Origin: Octopus vulgaris
Taxonomy: Eukaryota
DNA: 64,000 nt
NCBI GenBank assembly: GCA_951406725.2
Contig: OX597842.1
Location: 11,408,001-11,472,000 of the forward strand
Direction of reading: 5' to 3'
Shown: positions 33,352 through 47,711 of the stretch, piece after piece
Layout: each line of letters starts with the position of its first letter
How positions within the stretch are numbered: position 1 is the stretch's first letter
Made by a program: the position numbers and the translations under genes
Notes under the pieces: generated by a model
What the model saw: the letters and a program-made list of their open reading frames with translations, nothing else
Databases searched by the model: none
Told to the model about the DNA's origin: nothing

Positions 33352-33564
33352 TTCACTCGAACACACAGTTCGTCTCTCGTCGCTTCTGTCTTTTTTCTTC
33401 TCTCAATCCTTCTCCTTTTATCAAGAATTCCTCTCTCTTTCTCTCTCTCTCTCGCTCTCTCTCTCTTGTTTGTTTCTCCTTTTTTTTTCTCTCAATTCTT
33501 ACTTCTGCATCACGTCGCTATCCCTTTCCGCCTGCCTGCCTATCTGTCGGGCGGTCGGGTGGGG

Positions 33565-33587
33565 CTTCTTCTTCTTCTCATACTTCT

Positions 33588-33628
<41 letters not shown>

Positions 33629-34565
33629 TTCTTCTTTTTCTTCTTCTTCTTCTTCTTCTTCTTCTTCTTCTTCTTCTTCTTCTTCTTCTTCTTCTTCTTC
33701 TTCTTCTTCTTCTTCTTCTTTCCCTTCTTCTTCTTCTTCTTCTCTTTCTTCTTTCCCTTCTTCTTATTTTTCTTTCTCCCTTCCCCTTCTTGTTTTCCTG
33801 CCCTTCTTTTCTTTTCTTCTACTTCTCCCCTTCTTCTTCTTCTTCTTCTCCCCTTCTTCTTCTTCTTCTTCTTCTCTTTCTCCTTCTTCTCCTACTTGTT
33901 ATTCTCCTTTTTTCCTTTTCTTCTCATTCGCTTTTTCTTTGTTTTCCTCTTATTCTTATTCTTATTCTTCCTCTTCCTCTTCCCCTTCTTCTTCTTTTCC
34001 TCTTCTTCTTCTTCTTCTCATTCGCTTTTTCTTCTTTTTTTCTTTCTTTGTTCTTCGTGTTTTCATCTTCTACGCCTTCTTGTTTTCGTTCTCTTTTTCT
34101 TTTTCCTCTTCATTCATTTTCCATTTTTCTTCTTCTTCTCCTCCGACTCCTTGATCTTCTCATTTTTCTCTTCATCTTCTTCTTCTTCTTCTTCTTCTTC
34201 TTCTTCTTCTTCTCTTTCTTCTTCTTCTCTTTCTTCTTCCTCTCCTCCTTCTTTCTCTTCTTCTTCTTTTTCTTTCTCTCCTTCCCCTTCTTACTTTCCT
34301 GCCCTTCTTCTTCTTCTTCTTCTTCTTCTTCTTTTTCTTTCTCCCCTTCCCCTTCTTGCTTTCATGCCCATCTTTTCTTCTTCTTCTTCTTCTTCTTCTT
34401 CTTCTTCTTCTTCTTCTTCTTCTTCTTCTTCTTCTTCATCTTCCACTTTCTCTCTCCTTTTCTTTTTTCTTCTTTTTCCCTCTTCTCCATTCTTCCTCTC
34501 CTTTCACCATCATCGTGTTTCTCCTTCCTCTCCGTGCCTTCACTTCCTTTCCCTCCTTCGTTCGC
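33565..34565. repeat. ~1-kb polypyrimidine (CTT)n-derived tract
   Basis: Visible directly. Confidence 0.95.
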
Positions 34566-34768
34566 TTTCCAGCTTTCATCAACCTTTTCACGATATTTAG
34601 CTTTCTTTCAACTCAAGAATAACAAAAAAAAAAGCGAGAGTAAGAGAACGAGAGAGAGAGAAAATGATGAGTGAAGTGGAGGAAGACAAACAGACGGAAG
34701 GAGAGAAAGATGAAAATATATCTCTAATTATCTATCAATATAGCTATTCCTATTTACAAACGTGCATA

Positions 34769-34816
<48 letters not shown>

Positions 34817-34893
34817 CATCAAATTATTTATGTATCCTTCTGTTTATATCTATTTCTTTCCATCTACCTAGCTTTCAATCTCTTTCTGTCTGT

Positions 34894-34894
<1 letters not shown>

Positions 34895-34962
<68 letters not shown>

Positions 34963-34963
34963 A

Positions 34964-34999
<36 letters not shown>

Positions 35000-35034
35000 G
35001 TCTATCTATCTATCTCTATCTGTCTATCTATCTG

Positions 35035-35067
<33 letters not shown>

Positions 35068-35140
35068 ATATCTATCTATCTCTATCTGTCTATCTATCTC
35101 TCTATCTATCTCTATCTGTCTATCTATCTATCTCTATCTG

Positions 35141-35187
<47 letters not shown>

Positions 35188-35206
35188 CTATCTGTCTATC
35201 TCTATC

Positions 35207-35237
<31 letters not shown>

Positions 35238-35256
35238 CTATCTGTCTATCTATCTA

Positions 35257-35288
<32 letters not shown>

Positions 35289-35505
35289 TCTAGCTATCTA
35301 TCTATCTATCTGTCTGTCTCTCTGTCTGCCTGTCTGACTGACTGTCTATATTTCTATCTATCTATCTTTCTGTCTGTCTGTCTGTCTATCAGTCTGTCTA
35401 TATCTCTATCTATCTATCTATCTGTTTATCTATTTGTCTGTCTATCTATCTATCTATCCTATCCATTGATCTATCTATGTCTATTGATCTATCTATATCT
35501 ATCTA

Positions 35506-35510
<5 letters not shown>
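34895..35510. repeat. (TATC)n tract
   Basis: Visible directly. Confidence 0.95.
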
Positions 35511-35541
<31 letters not shown>

Positions 35542-35910
35542 AGTCTATCTATTTGTGTATATATCTATCTATCTCTCTATCTATCAATTTATCTATATTT
35601 CTAATTTATCTGCCTATCCATCCATGTCTGTCTCTCCGTCTACCAATCTCTCTATCTATATGTTGTTAATATTTTTCTTGTTATCTCACAACTTCCGGTC
35701 ATTTTAACCTCCCATTATATTCTTTGTTTACTTGAAAGCAGAAACAATTCTTCTCTCTATTTGTTTTCCGTTACCATTCCTAAAAATCTTCCATAGCTGT
35801 TTCTGCCAGATATTTCTGTATTCCAACAATATATACTTAAACTAAGGCCTTCCTTAATCTCTAGGTCTCACAAAGCTGTCTTTCAGTCTGGTTTTTATAG
35901 CGTGAATATA

Positions 35911-37012
35911 CCTATTTCTTTACTACCCACAAGGGGCTAAACATAGAAGGGACAAACAAGGACAGACAGACGGATTAAGTCGATTACATCGACCCCAGTG
36001 CGTAACTGGTACTTAATTTATCGACCCCGAAAGGATGAAAGGCAAAATCGACCTCGGCGGAATTTGAATTCAGAACGTAACGGCAGACGAAATACGTATG
36101 TCTTTACTACCCACAAGGGGCTAAACACAGAGGGGACAAACAAGGACAGACATAGGTATTAAGTCGATTACATCGACCCCAGTGCGTAACTGGTACTTTA
36201 ATTTATCGACCCCGAAAGGACGAAAGGAAAAGTCGACCTCGGCGGAATTTGAACTCACAACGTAACGGCAGACGAAATACCTATTTCTTTATTGCCCACA
36301 AGGGGCTAAACACAGAGGGGACAAACAAGGACAGACATAGGTATTAAGTCGATTACATCGACCCCAGTGCGTAACTGGTACTTAATTTATCGACCCCGAA
36401 AGTTTGAAAGGAAAAATCGACCTCGGCGGAATTTGAATTCAGAACGTAACGGCAGACGAACTATCTATTTCTTTATTACCCACATGGGGCTAAACACAGA
36501 GGGAACAAACAAGGACAGACATAGGTATTAAGTCGATTACATCGACCCCAGTGCATTACTGGTACTTAATTAATCGACCCCGAAAGTTTGAAAGGAAAAG
36601 TCGACCTCGGCGGAATTTGAACTCAGAACGTAACGGCAGACGAAATACCTATTTCTTTATTACCCACAAGGGGCTAAACACAGAGGGGACAAACAAGGAC
36701 AGACATAGGTATTAAGTCGATTACATCGACCCCAGTGCGTAACTGGTACTTTAATTTATCGACCCCGAAAGGATGAAAGGCATAGTCGACCTCGGCGGAA
36801 TTTGAACTCACAACGTAACGGCAGACGAAATACCTATTTCTTTATTACCCACAAGGGGTTAAAAAAGGATAAACATATGTAACTCAGAACGTAACGGCAG
36901 AGGAAATACGGCTACGCAATTCGTCCGACGTGCTAACGTCTCTGCCAGCTCACCGCCTTCCTCCTCTTCCTCTTCCTCCTCCTCCTCCTCCTCCTCCTTC
37001 TTCTTCTTCTTC
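35911..37012 (-). mobile_element. SINE family B array: 5 full units, 1 deleted unit with tRNA-like head, and a (GAA/GAG)n leader
   Basis: Units start near 35911, 36095, 36280, 36465, 36648 and 36833; 18-bp direct repeat ttatagcgtgaatatacc at 35895-35912 and 37013-37030. Confidence 0.9.
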
Positions 37013-37380
37013 TTATAGCGTGAATATACCGCAGTCCCCAACCCCAAGAATGGGAGCCTTGTCCGGCCCTCTTCAGGGTTAGCTTCGCAGATATTTCTGG
37101 AAAACATTTACGGTCGAATAGAACAACGTGATATGAAGTGTTCTGTTTAAGAACACGACACAAAACTTGGTCCGTCGTTCGAACCTGCTATCTTACGATC
37201 TCGATTGCAGCACCCAAGCCCTGGAGCTACGGCTCTTCACAGTCGTACAATAGATTTTAGGTTCAAATTTTTTGGCACAAAGCCAATAAATAATGATGAT
37301 GATGATAATAATAATAACAATAGTAATAATAATATTAATAATAATAATAATAATAAAATATAAAGCAAAAGTCAAACATA

Positions 37381-37416
<36 letters not shown>

Positions 37417-37470
37417 CAACAACAACAACAATAATAATAATAATAATAACAATAATAATAATAACAATAA

Positions 37471-38014
37471 ATGCCCTGATGCAGTACCAGGCAGTGGCTC
37501 TCATGGCTTCTGATCTTAACTGATTGGAAGTGTTATCATGTACGTTGTTTTGTCTTGGTATAAAAGATGGGCTACAGCAAATATTCTGCTCAATACCACA
37601 GATTTGCTTGTCAGTTGTTTGACCGTAACCAGTTGAGCATGTCCCTTAGTGGCTGACGATATGTGCATCTCTGATTACGAGCAGAAGTAGTGGGGGAGCA
37701 TCATAGCCATGTGTTGACAGGGATTCTTTGGAGTTTGAATAATTCACCTCTGGAAACATGGGTGTTTCTTTCAACATCCTTAAACAACCCTTATTCAAGG
37801 ACCTTTTGAGCGGGATGGTCTACTTGACCAGAAGAAAAATTGTAACTGGGCCCCACCTGCAAGGTCATGTGCTGTTTATCTTGATATGAGATCACCATGT
37901 CGCGCACATATGGTTGTGATGCATGTGTCTGGTGTACCCTTATCAGATGGGTATACTGGGCTTCGTATATTTTACCTCAGTGTCACTTTGACGGCGTGCA
38001 CTGCTCCCTCACTC
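37471..38014 (+). mobile_element. ~545-bp non-coding element associated with (AAT)n (family N)
   Basis: Near-identical to 39804-40352 and 40393-40946; preceded by (AAT)n. Confidence 0.85.
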
Positions 38015-38169
38015 AATACGAAGAAGAAGAAGAAGAAGAAGAACAAGAAGAAAAAGAAGAAGGAGGAGGAGGAGGAGGAGGAGGAGGAAGAGGAGAAGAA
38101 GAAGAAGAAGAAGAAGAAGAACAAGAACAAGAACAAGAAGAAGAAGAACAAGAAGAACAAGAAGAATGG

Positions 38170-39534
38170 CAGTTGCTAGGACTGTATCGAAGCAGAGTAA
38201 AACAGCTTAGGGTAGTATATAAAAAATGCCAAGATGAAACATACCAAAATGGCCGGCGTCATCAAAACTGAAAATTGTGTAAAGAAACACAATTTTAAGA
38301 AGAAATTAGCCTAAAAAGAGAAACAGCATGGAAGGAAAAAAAGAAAAGTTCGGCCAGTTTTCAAGAGATGTGAACGCGAAGACGGATACAGAGGACCGGT
38401 GGCTATGAATGAGAAGGAGTGACCTGAGGATAGAGACAGAAACACTCATATGAGCAGCTCAGGAGCAAGCATTAAGGACCAACTATGTGATGTGCAGAAT
38501 AGACAGCACTACCGATTGCGACAAATGCATAATATGTGGCACGACGCGAACACAAATGACGCCATGATAATGTGGAAAGGATGGTACATTGGGAGCTCTG
38601 TGGATATCACGGCCTACAAAGAGCAAAGACGTGGTATGAGAAAACTCCAGAAGGGGTCAGCCAGAATGAAGATTGCAAAATCCTGTGGATGCAATGATTC
38701 AGTGCAATCACCTGACCAGACATTGGAAACCGGATATCGTTGTGGTGAATGAAAATGAAAGAATATGTATGATAATTGACATAGCAGGAGTGGCTGTGTA
38801 GTAGGTAGCTTGCTTACCAATCACATGGTTCCGGGTTCAGTCCCACTGCGTGGCAGCTTGGGCAGGTGTCTTCAACTATAGCCTCGGGCCGACCAAAGCC
38901 TTGTGAATGGATTTGGTAGACAGAAACTGAAAAGAAGCTGTCGTATATATGTATATATATATATGCGTGTGTGCGTTTGTCCCCTTAGCATTGCTTGACA
39001 ACCAATGCTGGTGTGTTTATGTCCCCGTTACTTAGCGGTTCGGCAAAAGAGACCGATAGAATAAGTACTGGGCTTACAAAAGAATAAGTCCCGGGGTCGA
39101 GTTGCTCGACTAAAGGCGGTGCTCCAGCATGGCCGCAGTCAAATGACTGAAACAAGTAAAAGAGTAAAAGAATAAAATAGCATGCCCCAGTGATAACAGG
39201 ATCAATGTGAAAGAAGAAGGGAAAATAAACAACTATGACGATTTAAAGTGGGAAATACGAAGGTTGTGGTCAATGTGGAGAATAGTAGACGTGATACCAA
39301 CAGTAATTGGTGCACTTGGACGTATCATCACTCAACTACCAGCATGACTGAAAAAGATTGGTGCAAGTGTGAAGGTAGAACACCTACAAGAATCAGTATT
39401 GCTTGGAACTGCAAGAACTCTTCGCAGGGTTCTTGAAGCATGACCAGTAAACAAGTGTCACCTTAGTCTGCTGGCCGTGGACAGCTGACACTTTCCATCG
39501 ACACCCAGCAAAATAAGAAGTGAGTTTTCATCAA

Positions 39535-39535
<1 letters not shown>
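38170..39535 (+). pseudogene. Degraded R4/Dong-like retrotransposon 3' part, split by SINE A
   Basis: Remnants such as WKEKK..GQF, KILW, PDIVV, IIDIA|CP, VIPVVIGALG, LLGTARTLRRVLEA with frameshifts; ends in (AAT)n. Confidence 0.75.
38784..39177 (+). mobile_element. SINE family A inserted in the Dong remnant
   Basis: Full copy; atagca repeated at both junctions. Confidence 0.9.
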
Positions 39536-39574
<39 letters not shown>

Positions 39575-39588
39575 TAATAATAACAAAT

Positions 39589-39666
<78 letters not shown>

Positions 39667-39678
39667 ATGATAATGATG

Positions 39679-39803
<125 letters not shown>

Positions 39804-40352
39804 ATACCCTGATGCAGTACCAGGCAGTGGCTCTCGTGGCTTCTGATCTTATCTGATTGGAAGTGTTATCATGTATATTGTTTTGTCTTGATATAAAAGA
39901 TGGGCTACAGCAAATATTCTGCTCAATACCACAGATTTGGTTGTCAGTTGTTTGACCTTAACCAGTTGAGCATGTCCCATAGTGGCTGACGAGATGTGCA
40001 TCTCTGATCATGAGCAGAAGTAGTGGGGGAGCATCATAGCCATGTGTTGAGAGGGATTCTTTGGGGTTTGAATAATTCACCTTTGGAAACATGGGTGGTT
40101 CTTTCAACATCCTTAAACAACCCTTATTCAGGGACCGTTTGAGCCGGATGGGCTACTCAACCTGAAGAAAATTCTAACTGGGCCCCACCTGCAAGGTCAT
40201 GTGCTGTTTATCTTGATATGAGATCACCATGTCGCGCACATGTGGTTGTGATGCATGTGCCTGGTGTACCTTTATCAGACGGGTAGTCATGATGGGTATA
40301 TTGGGCTTCGTATATTTTACCCCACTGTCACTTTGATGGCATGCACTGCTCT
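39804..40352 (+). mobile_element. Family N element
   Basis: (AAT)n on both sides. Confidence 0.88.
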
Positions 40353-40353
40353 G

Positions 40354-40389
<36 letters not shown>

Positions 40390-40392
40390 GTA

Positions 40393-40946
40393 GCCCTGAT
40401 GCAGTACCAGGCAGTGGCTCTCATGGCTTCTGATCTCAACTCATTGGAAGTGTTATCATGTACATTGTTTTGTCTTGGTATAAAAGATGGGCCACAGCAA
40501 ATATTCTGCTCAATACCACAGATTTGCTTGTCAGTTGTTTGACCTTAACCAGTTGAGCATGTCCCTTAGTGGCTGACGATATGTGCATCTCTGATCACGA
40601 GCAGAAGTAGTGGGGGAGCATCATAGCCATGTGTTGAGAGGGATTCTTTGGGGTTTGAATAATTCACCTCTGGAAACATGGGTGGTTCTTTCAACATCCT
40701 TAAACAACCCTTATTCAGGGACCGTTTGAGCCGGATGGGCTACTCAACCTGAAGAAAATTCTAACTGGGCCCCACCTGCAAGGTCATGTGCTGTTTATCT
40801 TGATATGAGATCACCATGTCGCGCACATGTGGTTGTGATGCATGTGCCTGGTGTACCTTTATCAGACGGGTAGTCATGATGGGTATATTGGGCTTCGTAT
40901 ATTTTACCCCAGTGTCACTTTGATGGCATGCACTGCTCTCTCACTC
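40393..40946 (+). mobile_element. Family N element, tandem with the previous copy
   Basis: (AAT)n on both sides. Confidence 0.88.
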
Positions 40947-41589
40947 AATAATAATAATAATAATAATAATGATAATAATGATGATGATGATGATGTGAAA
41001 ACACGGGACTATAATTTGTTTATTGACGACCTCAAGGGGTACAGCTGCAGGTAAGAAAAAGAAAAAAACACTGCCACAGGTTGTACACAGCTTATTAATA
41101 TTATTGATATGGAATTCACCAGAGAAAAATTGTTCGAAGAGAAAACGCAAAAGTAGGAGAATTTATGGAAACGGAAAAACAACAAAAACAAAATTAAAAA
41201 TAAACTCATTTCAGTTTAGATAAAGAAACTGAGATAACAACAGAAAAAATCGGACACACAGACACAGAGAAAATGAGAATTTAATAAACAAAAACAGCGT
41301 AGACCAGCCCCCATCACACACTTTAGAGAAACGATTAGGAACAGTTTGAACAGATGCAGAAGATTAATATTTATAACACAACTAACTACACAGAATAGAG
41401 TAATATACATCAAGTACCCAGAATTCCGTATTAATACGTTATTGTTGGAGTAATCTCAGGAGAGTAGCTTAAACGAATTATCATGACTAGACTAGAAAAC
41501 CTAGAAAAACTGTGACTTTGTTTACAATATAGACCAAAAGTTTGACATAGATTATATTTTCGGTCATAGACACGGTATGGCTGTGTAGG

Positions 41590-42159
41590 GTGGAGGCGCA
41601 ATGGCCCAGTGGTTAGGGCAGCGGACTCGCGGTCGTAGGATCGCGGTTTCGATTCCCAGACCTGGCGTTGTGAGTATTTATTGAGCGAAAACACCCAAAG
41701 CTCCACGAGGCTCCGGCAGGGGATGGTGGTGATCCCTGCTGTACTCTTTCGGCAGTTCTTTACTTACCTTCGTGGAGGCGCAATGGCGCAGTGGTTAGGG
41801 CAGCGGACTCGCGGTCATAGGTTCACGTTTTCGATTCCCAGACCGGGCGTTGTGAGTGTTTATTGAGCGAAAACACCTAAAGCTCCACGACGCTCCGGCA
41901 GGGGATGGTGGTGATCCCTGCTGTACTCTTTCACCACAACTTTCTCTCACTCTTACTTCCTGTTTCTGTTGTACCTGTATTTCAAAGGGCCGGCCTTGTC
42001 ATTCTCTGTGTCACGCTGAATATCCCCGAGAACTACGTTAAGGGTACACGTGTCTGTGGAGTGCTCAGCCACTTACACGTTAATTTCACGAGCAGGCTGT
42101 TCCGTTGATTCGGATCAACCGGAACCCTCATCGTCGTAACCGACGGAGTGCTTCCATCA
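41590..42159 (+). mobile_element. SINE family C: partial copy plus full copy (tail type 2)
   Basis: Two heads (41590 and ~41773); TSD atggctgtgtagg at 41577-41589 and 42160-42172. Confidence 0.88.
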
Positions 42160-42244
42160 ATGGCTGTGTAGGAATTAGCTTGCTTACCAACCACATTGTT
42201 CCGGGTTCAGTCCCACTGCGTGGCACGTTGGGTGAATGTTTTCT

Positions 42245-42893
42245 GAGCTGGCAGAACCGTTAGCACGCCGGGCGAAATGCGTAGCCGTATTTCGTTTGCC
42301 GTTACGTTGTGAGTTCAAATTCCGCCAAGGTCGACTTTGCCTTTCATCCTTTCGGGGTCGATAAATTAAATACCTATTTCTTTATTACCCACAAGGGGCT
42401 ACACACAGAGGGGACAAACAAGGACATACATAGGTATTAAGTCGATTACATCGACCCCAGTGCGTAACTGGTACTTAATTTATCGACCCCGAAAGGATGA
42501 ACGGCAAAGTCGACCTCGGCCGAATTTGAACTCACAACGTAACGCAGACGAAATGCCTATTTCTTTAATACCCACAAGGGGCTAAACACAGAAGGGCAAA
42601 CAAGGACAGACATAGGTATTAAGTCGATTGCATCGACCCCAGTGCGTAACTGGTACTTAATTTATCGACCCCGAAAGGATGAAAGGCAAAGTCGACCTCG
42701 GCCGAATTTGAACTCACAACGTAACGCAGACGAAATACCGCTAAGCATTTCGCCCGGCGTGTTAACGTTTCTGCCAGCTCGCCGCCTTAATTAAATACCA
42801 CTTATGCACTGGGGTTGATGTAATCAACTTAATCCCTTTGTCTGTCCTTGCTTGTCCCCTCTGTGCTTAGCCCCTTGTGGGCAATAAAGAAAT
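42245..42893 (+). mobile_element. SINE B copy interrupted by an antisense SINE B dimer (42375-42788)
   Basis: Inner TSD aattaaatacc at 42364-42374 and 42789-42799. Confidence 0.85.
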
Positions 42894-43383
42894 ATATTAT
42901 AGCAGCGCTCCGCAATCTTGAATAGAACTTATGTTCTATTCAAAATTCGGCGGCACACCTGAGCTAAAGATATAGTTAAGAGTATAGGGAAGATATTATA
43001 TTGAGGTTACACAGCCGCACACTTAGTAATGTCTGGTGTCCCGCTAGTGTGCCGCTGCATACGGGTAGCAGTCTCGGGTGGATTAGGTAGACGGAACCTG
43101 TAAAAAGACCATTGTATACATACATATATACATACGTACATACATACATACATACACACATATATAGCTGCATACATATATAGATAGAAGCATACATACC
43201 TACATACACACATACATACATACATACATACATACAATCATACATACACACTTACTTACATACATACAAACATACATACATACATACATACATACATACA
43301 TACATACATGCACACTTACATACATACATACATACATACATACACACATACATACATATATACATACATACATATACACATAC

Positions 43384-43565
43384 ATGGCTGAGTGTTTAGC
43401 ATATGTTCCGGTCAGGGTCTTAAGGCCTGAGTTCGGTTCCCGGTGACGCGTTTTGTCCTTGAGCAAGACACTCTACTTCCTGTTGCTTCAGTCCACTCAG
43501 CTAGGAAATAAGAAAAGAAAATGTAGTGTCTGTATTTAAAAAGGGCCAACCGGGCCACATTCTGT
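43384..43565 (+). mobile_element. SINE D-like fragment
   Basis: tRNA-like head followed by ccttgagcaagacac...gtccactcagct. Confidence 0.65.
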
Positions 43566-43705
43566 TGAAGAGTAAGGCCTAACCAGCAGGATGGCGTCAG
43601 ACGAAACCTATAAAAGTTGTAACCGTATTGTAACCCTCGAAGTATGATAACATCCGGATTTTTGGTTGCCCACATGATCACGTGGTATATATATATATAT
43701 ATATA

Positions 43706-43885
43706 GGCGCAGTCGTGGCTGTGTGGTAAGTAGATTGCTAACCAACCAAATGATTCCGGGTTCAGTCCCACTGTGTGGTACCTTGGGCAAGTGTCTTCTA
43801 CTATAGCCTCGGGGCGACCAAAGCTTTGTGAGTGGATTTGGTAGATGGAAACTGAAAGAAGCCCGCCGTATATACACACACACGC

Positions 43886-43968
<83 letters not shown>

Positions 43969-44196
43969 TGTTTATATAGATAGAGATATATTTGTTTGTC
44001 TGTGTTTGTCCCCCTACCATCGCTTGACAACCGATGTTGGTGTGTTTACGTCTCCGTAACGTAGCTGTTCGCCTAAAGAGACTGATATAATAAGTACTAG
44101 GCTTACAAGGAATAAGTCGTGGGGTGGACTCGTTGGACTGAAGGTGGTGCTCCAGCATGACCGCAGTCAAATGACTGAAACAAGTAACAGAATAGT
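43706..44196 (+). mobile_element. SINE family A
   Basis: Identity to other copies. Confidence 0.88.
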
Positions 44197-44329
44197 AGAA
44201 TACATAAATGTGTGTGTGTGTGTCTTTGTGTCTGTGTTTTTCGACAAACACCACATGTGTGTTTACGTCCCTATAACTTAGCGGTTCGGCAAGAACCGAT
44301 AGAATATGTTAACTGGAAGTGTCAACATG

Positions 44330-44658
44330 TACATCATGACTTCCCGTTTGATAAGGGTACCCCAGTCACATGCATCAAAGCCACATGTTGACCTTATATC
44401 AAGACCAAAGCGCAAATGCAGCATTATTATTATTATCATCATCATCAAAGATGATCAGAGATGCACATATCGTCAGCCACTAAGGGACATGCTCAACTGG
44501 TTAAGGTCAAACAACTGACAAGCAAATCTGTGGTATTGAGCAGAATATTTGCTGTATCCCATCTTTTATACCAAGACAAAACAATATACATGATAACACT
44601 TCCAATCAGTTAAGATCAGAAGCCATGAGAGCCACTGACTGGTACTGCATCAGGGCAT
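44330..44658 (-). mobile_element. Family N element, internally deleted
   Basis: 44452-44658 matches the N 5' part and 44330-44405 matches the N 3' part; abuts (ATT)n. Confidence 0.78.
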
Positions 44659-45362
<704 letters not shown>

Positions 45363-45394
45363 GCCATTTTTGGGTTTCCTGGTATCTGAGTTAG

Positions 45395-46190
45395 TTGGCT
45401 CCAAGTCTCACCCAGAGACCTCAAGAGACAACAGGGTTGGAAGTTCATGTTGTTGTTATGCCTAGTGTGCCATATATTTGGGGGGTGGGGATGTTGTACT
45501 AATGAATGTCTAAAAAAAAAAGTTTTTTTTTTTGTTTTTTTGGTTTTTTTAAACCGAAAATTATGTTTGTTTTAAACCTTGAGATTACATAGAGAGTATT
45601 TTGCGTAGGATATGAGCAGTTCCCATGAGCACTATCTTTTGAACTTCTGCCATTTTTGGGTTTCCTGGTATCTGAGTTAGGTAGCTATCAGCCCCTTTTG
45701 CTATCATTCCCAGGGCACCTATGACAACAGGTATTGTTTTAGTCTTCAGCTTCCACATTTTGCTGATTTCTATTTCAAGATCTTTATATTTGCTCAGTTT
45801 TTGGTAGGTCTTGACAGATACGTTTATATCGATTGGGACAGTCATATCAATGAGGAGGCATGTTCTTTGTTTGAAGTTTTTCAATATGATGTCTGGCCTA
45901 TTTGCATCTATCTTCCTGTCAGTTTGAATGGTGAAGTTCCAGAGGAGTGAGATGTGGTCATTTTCAAGCACTGGGGGTGGTTTGTGTTCCCACCAGTTTT
46001 TTTCATGGGGCAAATCCAGGTTTTTACAGATTACCCAGTGAATATATTGTGCAGCTCTATCGTGCCTGTTGAGATACTCTGTAGGCGCTAGAAGACTGCA
46101 CTTGGAGACCACATGGTCAATGGTTTCATTTTGTTGCTTGCATACACGACACGTTGGACTGCTTCTGATCTTTAATATGTTGGCCTGGTA

Positions 46191-46192
<2 letters not shown>
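45395..46192 (-). mobile_element. R4/Dong-like 3' fragment (CCHC knuckle plus REL)
   Basis: NYQANIL..PTCRVCKQQNETIDHVVSKC..RHD..RPDII..LIDMTVP..KLSKYKDL..ILRKILSM; within (AAT)n. Confidence 0.88.
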
Positions 46193-46244
<52 letters not shown>

Positions 46245-46245
46245 T

Positions 46246-46830
46246 TCATTGCCTTTGCACAGCTTCTAGTGAACTAAGGTAACACCTCTTAGTTTTTCGA
46301 GCACCTTCCGGAGTATTCGAGCGGTTCCAAGCAGTGCTGTTTTCCGCGAGTGATCCACCCTTATTGCAGCCCCTATTTGTTCCACGAACTTCTCGAGATT
46401 TTTGCTCACTGTTCCCAGGGTTCCGACAATTACTGGTAGCACTACCACCTTTTTCATCGACCACAACTGCTTAACCTCCCAAGCTAACCTGTCATATCTA
46501 TCGACTTTTCTCCCTTCCTTATCGCATACCTTGTTGTCAGCTGGGCATGCCATGTCTATGATCCATCATCCTTTGTTTTCTTTCTCAATTAAGACTATGT
46601 CTGGCTTCCTATTCTTAATCTCATGGTCGCACTGAATCATAAAATTTCATAGGATCTTTGCATTCCTGTTTTCGACGATGCCTTCATGTTTGTGGTCGTA
46701 CAAAATTTTTGCTCTGTCAAGTCCAAACTTGTTGCAAAGTGTCCAATGGACAATCCTCGCTATATTGTCGTGGCGTCTCTTATATTCCTTCTGGGCTTGT
46801 GGCGTACATTGGCTGGTAATATGCCATGTA
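46246..46830 (-). mobile_element. R4/Dong-like 3' fragment, second family
   Basis: HITSQC..YKRRHDNIA..KPDIV..IDMACP..KVDRYDRL..LRKVLEK; within (AAT)n. Confidence 0.85.
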
Positions 46831-46895
46831 TTATTATCATTATCATTATTATTATTATTATCATTATTATTATCATCATCATCATCATTATGATG

Positions 46896-47002
<107 letters not shown>

Positions 47003-47343
47003 CAGCAGCAGTAGTAGTAGTAGTAGCAGCAATCTCTAGCCGATGATTGTTCTGTACCGAGGAAGGAAAATAACCCAGAACCATTGTTCTACAAGTATTG
47101 CTAAGGCTAGAAAAGGAGCAACAAACTCATTTGCTCACAGTGTACGGACGCAGACCATGTGTCGGCAGCCAGCTGGAAATTGATGTATTCCTGGGGTTAA
47201 ACAGCGTCCAGAGTATGGCAGCTACATTCTGCCGCCAAACAGACCTTAATATTAGTTATTTTCTTTGAATCTTCAACCCAAAATCTTTCTTCCATCTTTT
47301 TCCTTAATGTAGCTTATTTTGTAGAACATATACTCTCTCGTCT

Positions 47344-47576
47344 ACTCTTTAACTTGTTTCAGTCATTTGACTGTGGCCATGCTGGAGCACCGCCTTTAGT
47401 CGAACAAATCCACCCCAGGACTTATTCTTTGTAAGCCTAGTACTTATTCTATCGGTCTCTTTGCCGAACCGCTAAGTTACAGGGACGTAAACACACCAGC
47501 ATCGGTTGTCAAGTGATGTTGGGGGTGACAAACACAGACATACAAACATGTACACACACATACATACATACATACA

Positions 47577-47610
<34 letters not shown>

Positions 47611-47619
47611 CATATATAC

Positions 47620-47711
<92 letters not shown>

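Noticed and set aside
32857-34674. 605-aa hydrophobic ORF resembling a membrane protein
   Set aside because: It is a translation of (TA)n and (CTT)n tracts.
35911-36957. CRISPR-like array
   Set aside because: Whole ~184-bp units repeat with no unique spacers, they are SINE-derived, and no cas genes are present.
37471-37530. HDV-like ribozyme at the 5' end of family N
   Set aside because: I could not assemble P1/P1.1 pairings by eye; it needs a descriptor search.
41590-41665. tRNA gene
   Set aside because: A/B boxes are present but there is no convincing acceptor stem, and it continues into a SINE body; the same holds for the other SINE heads.
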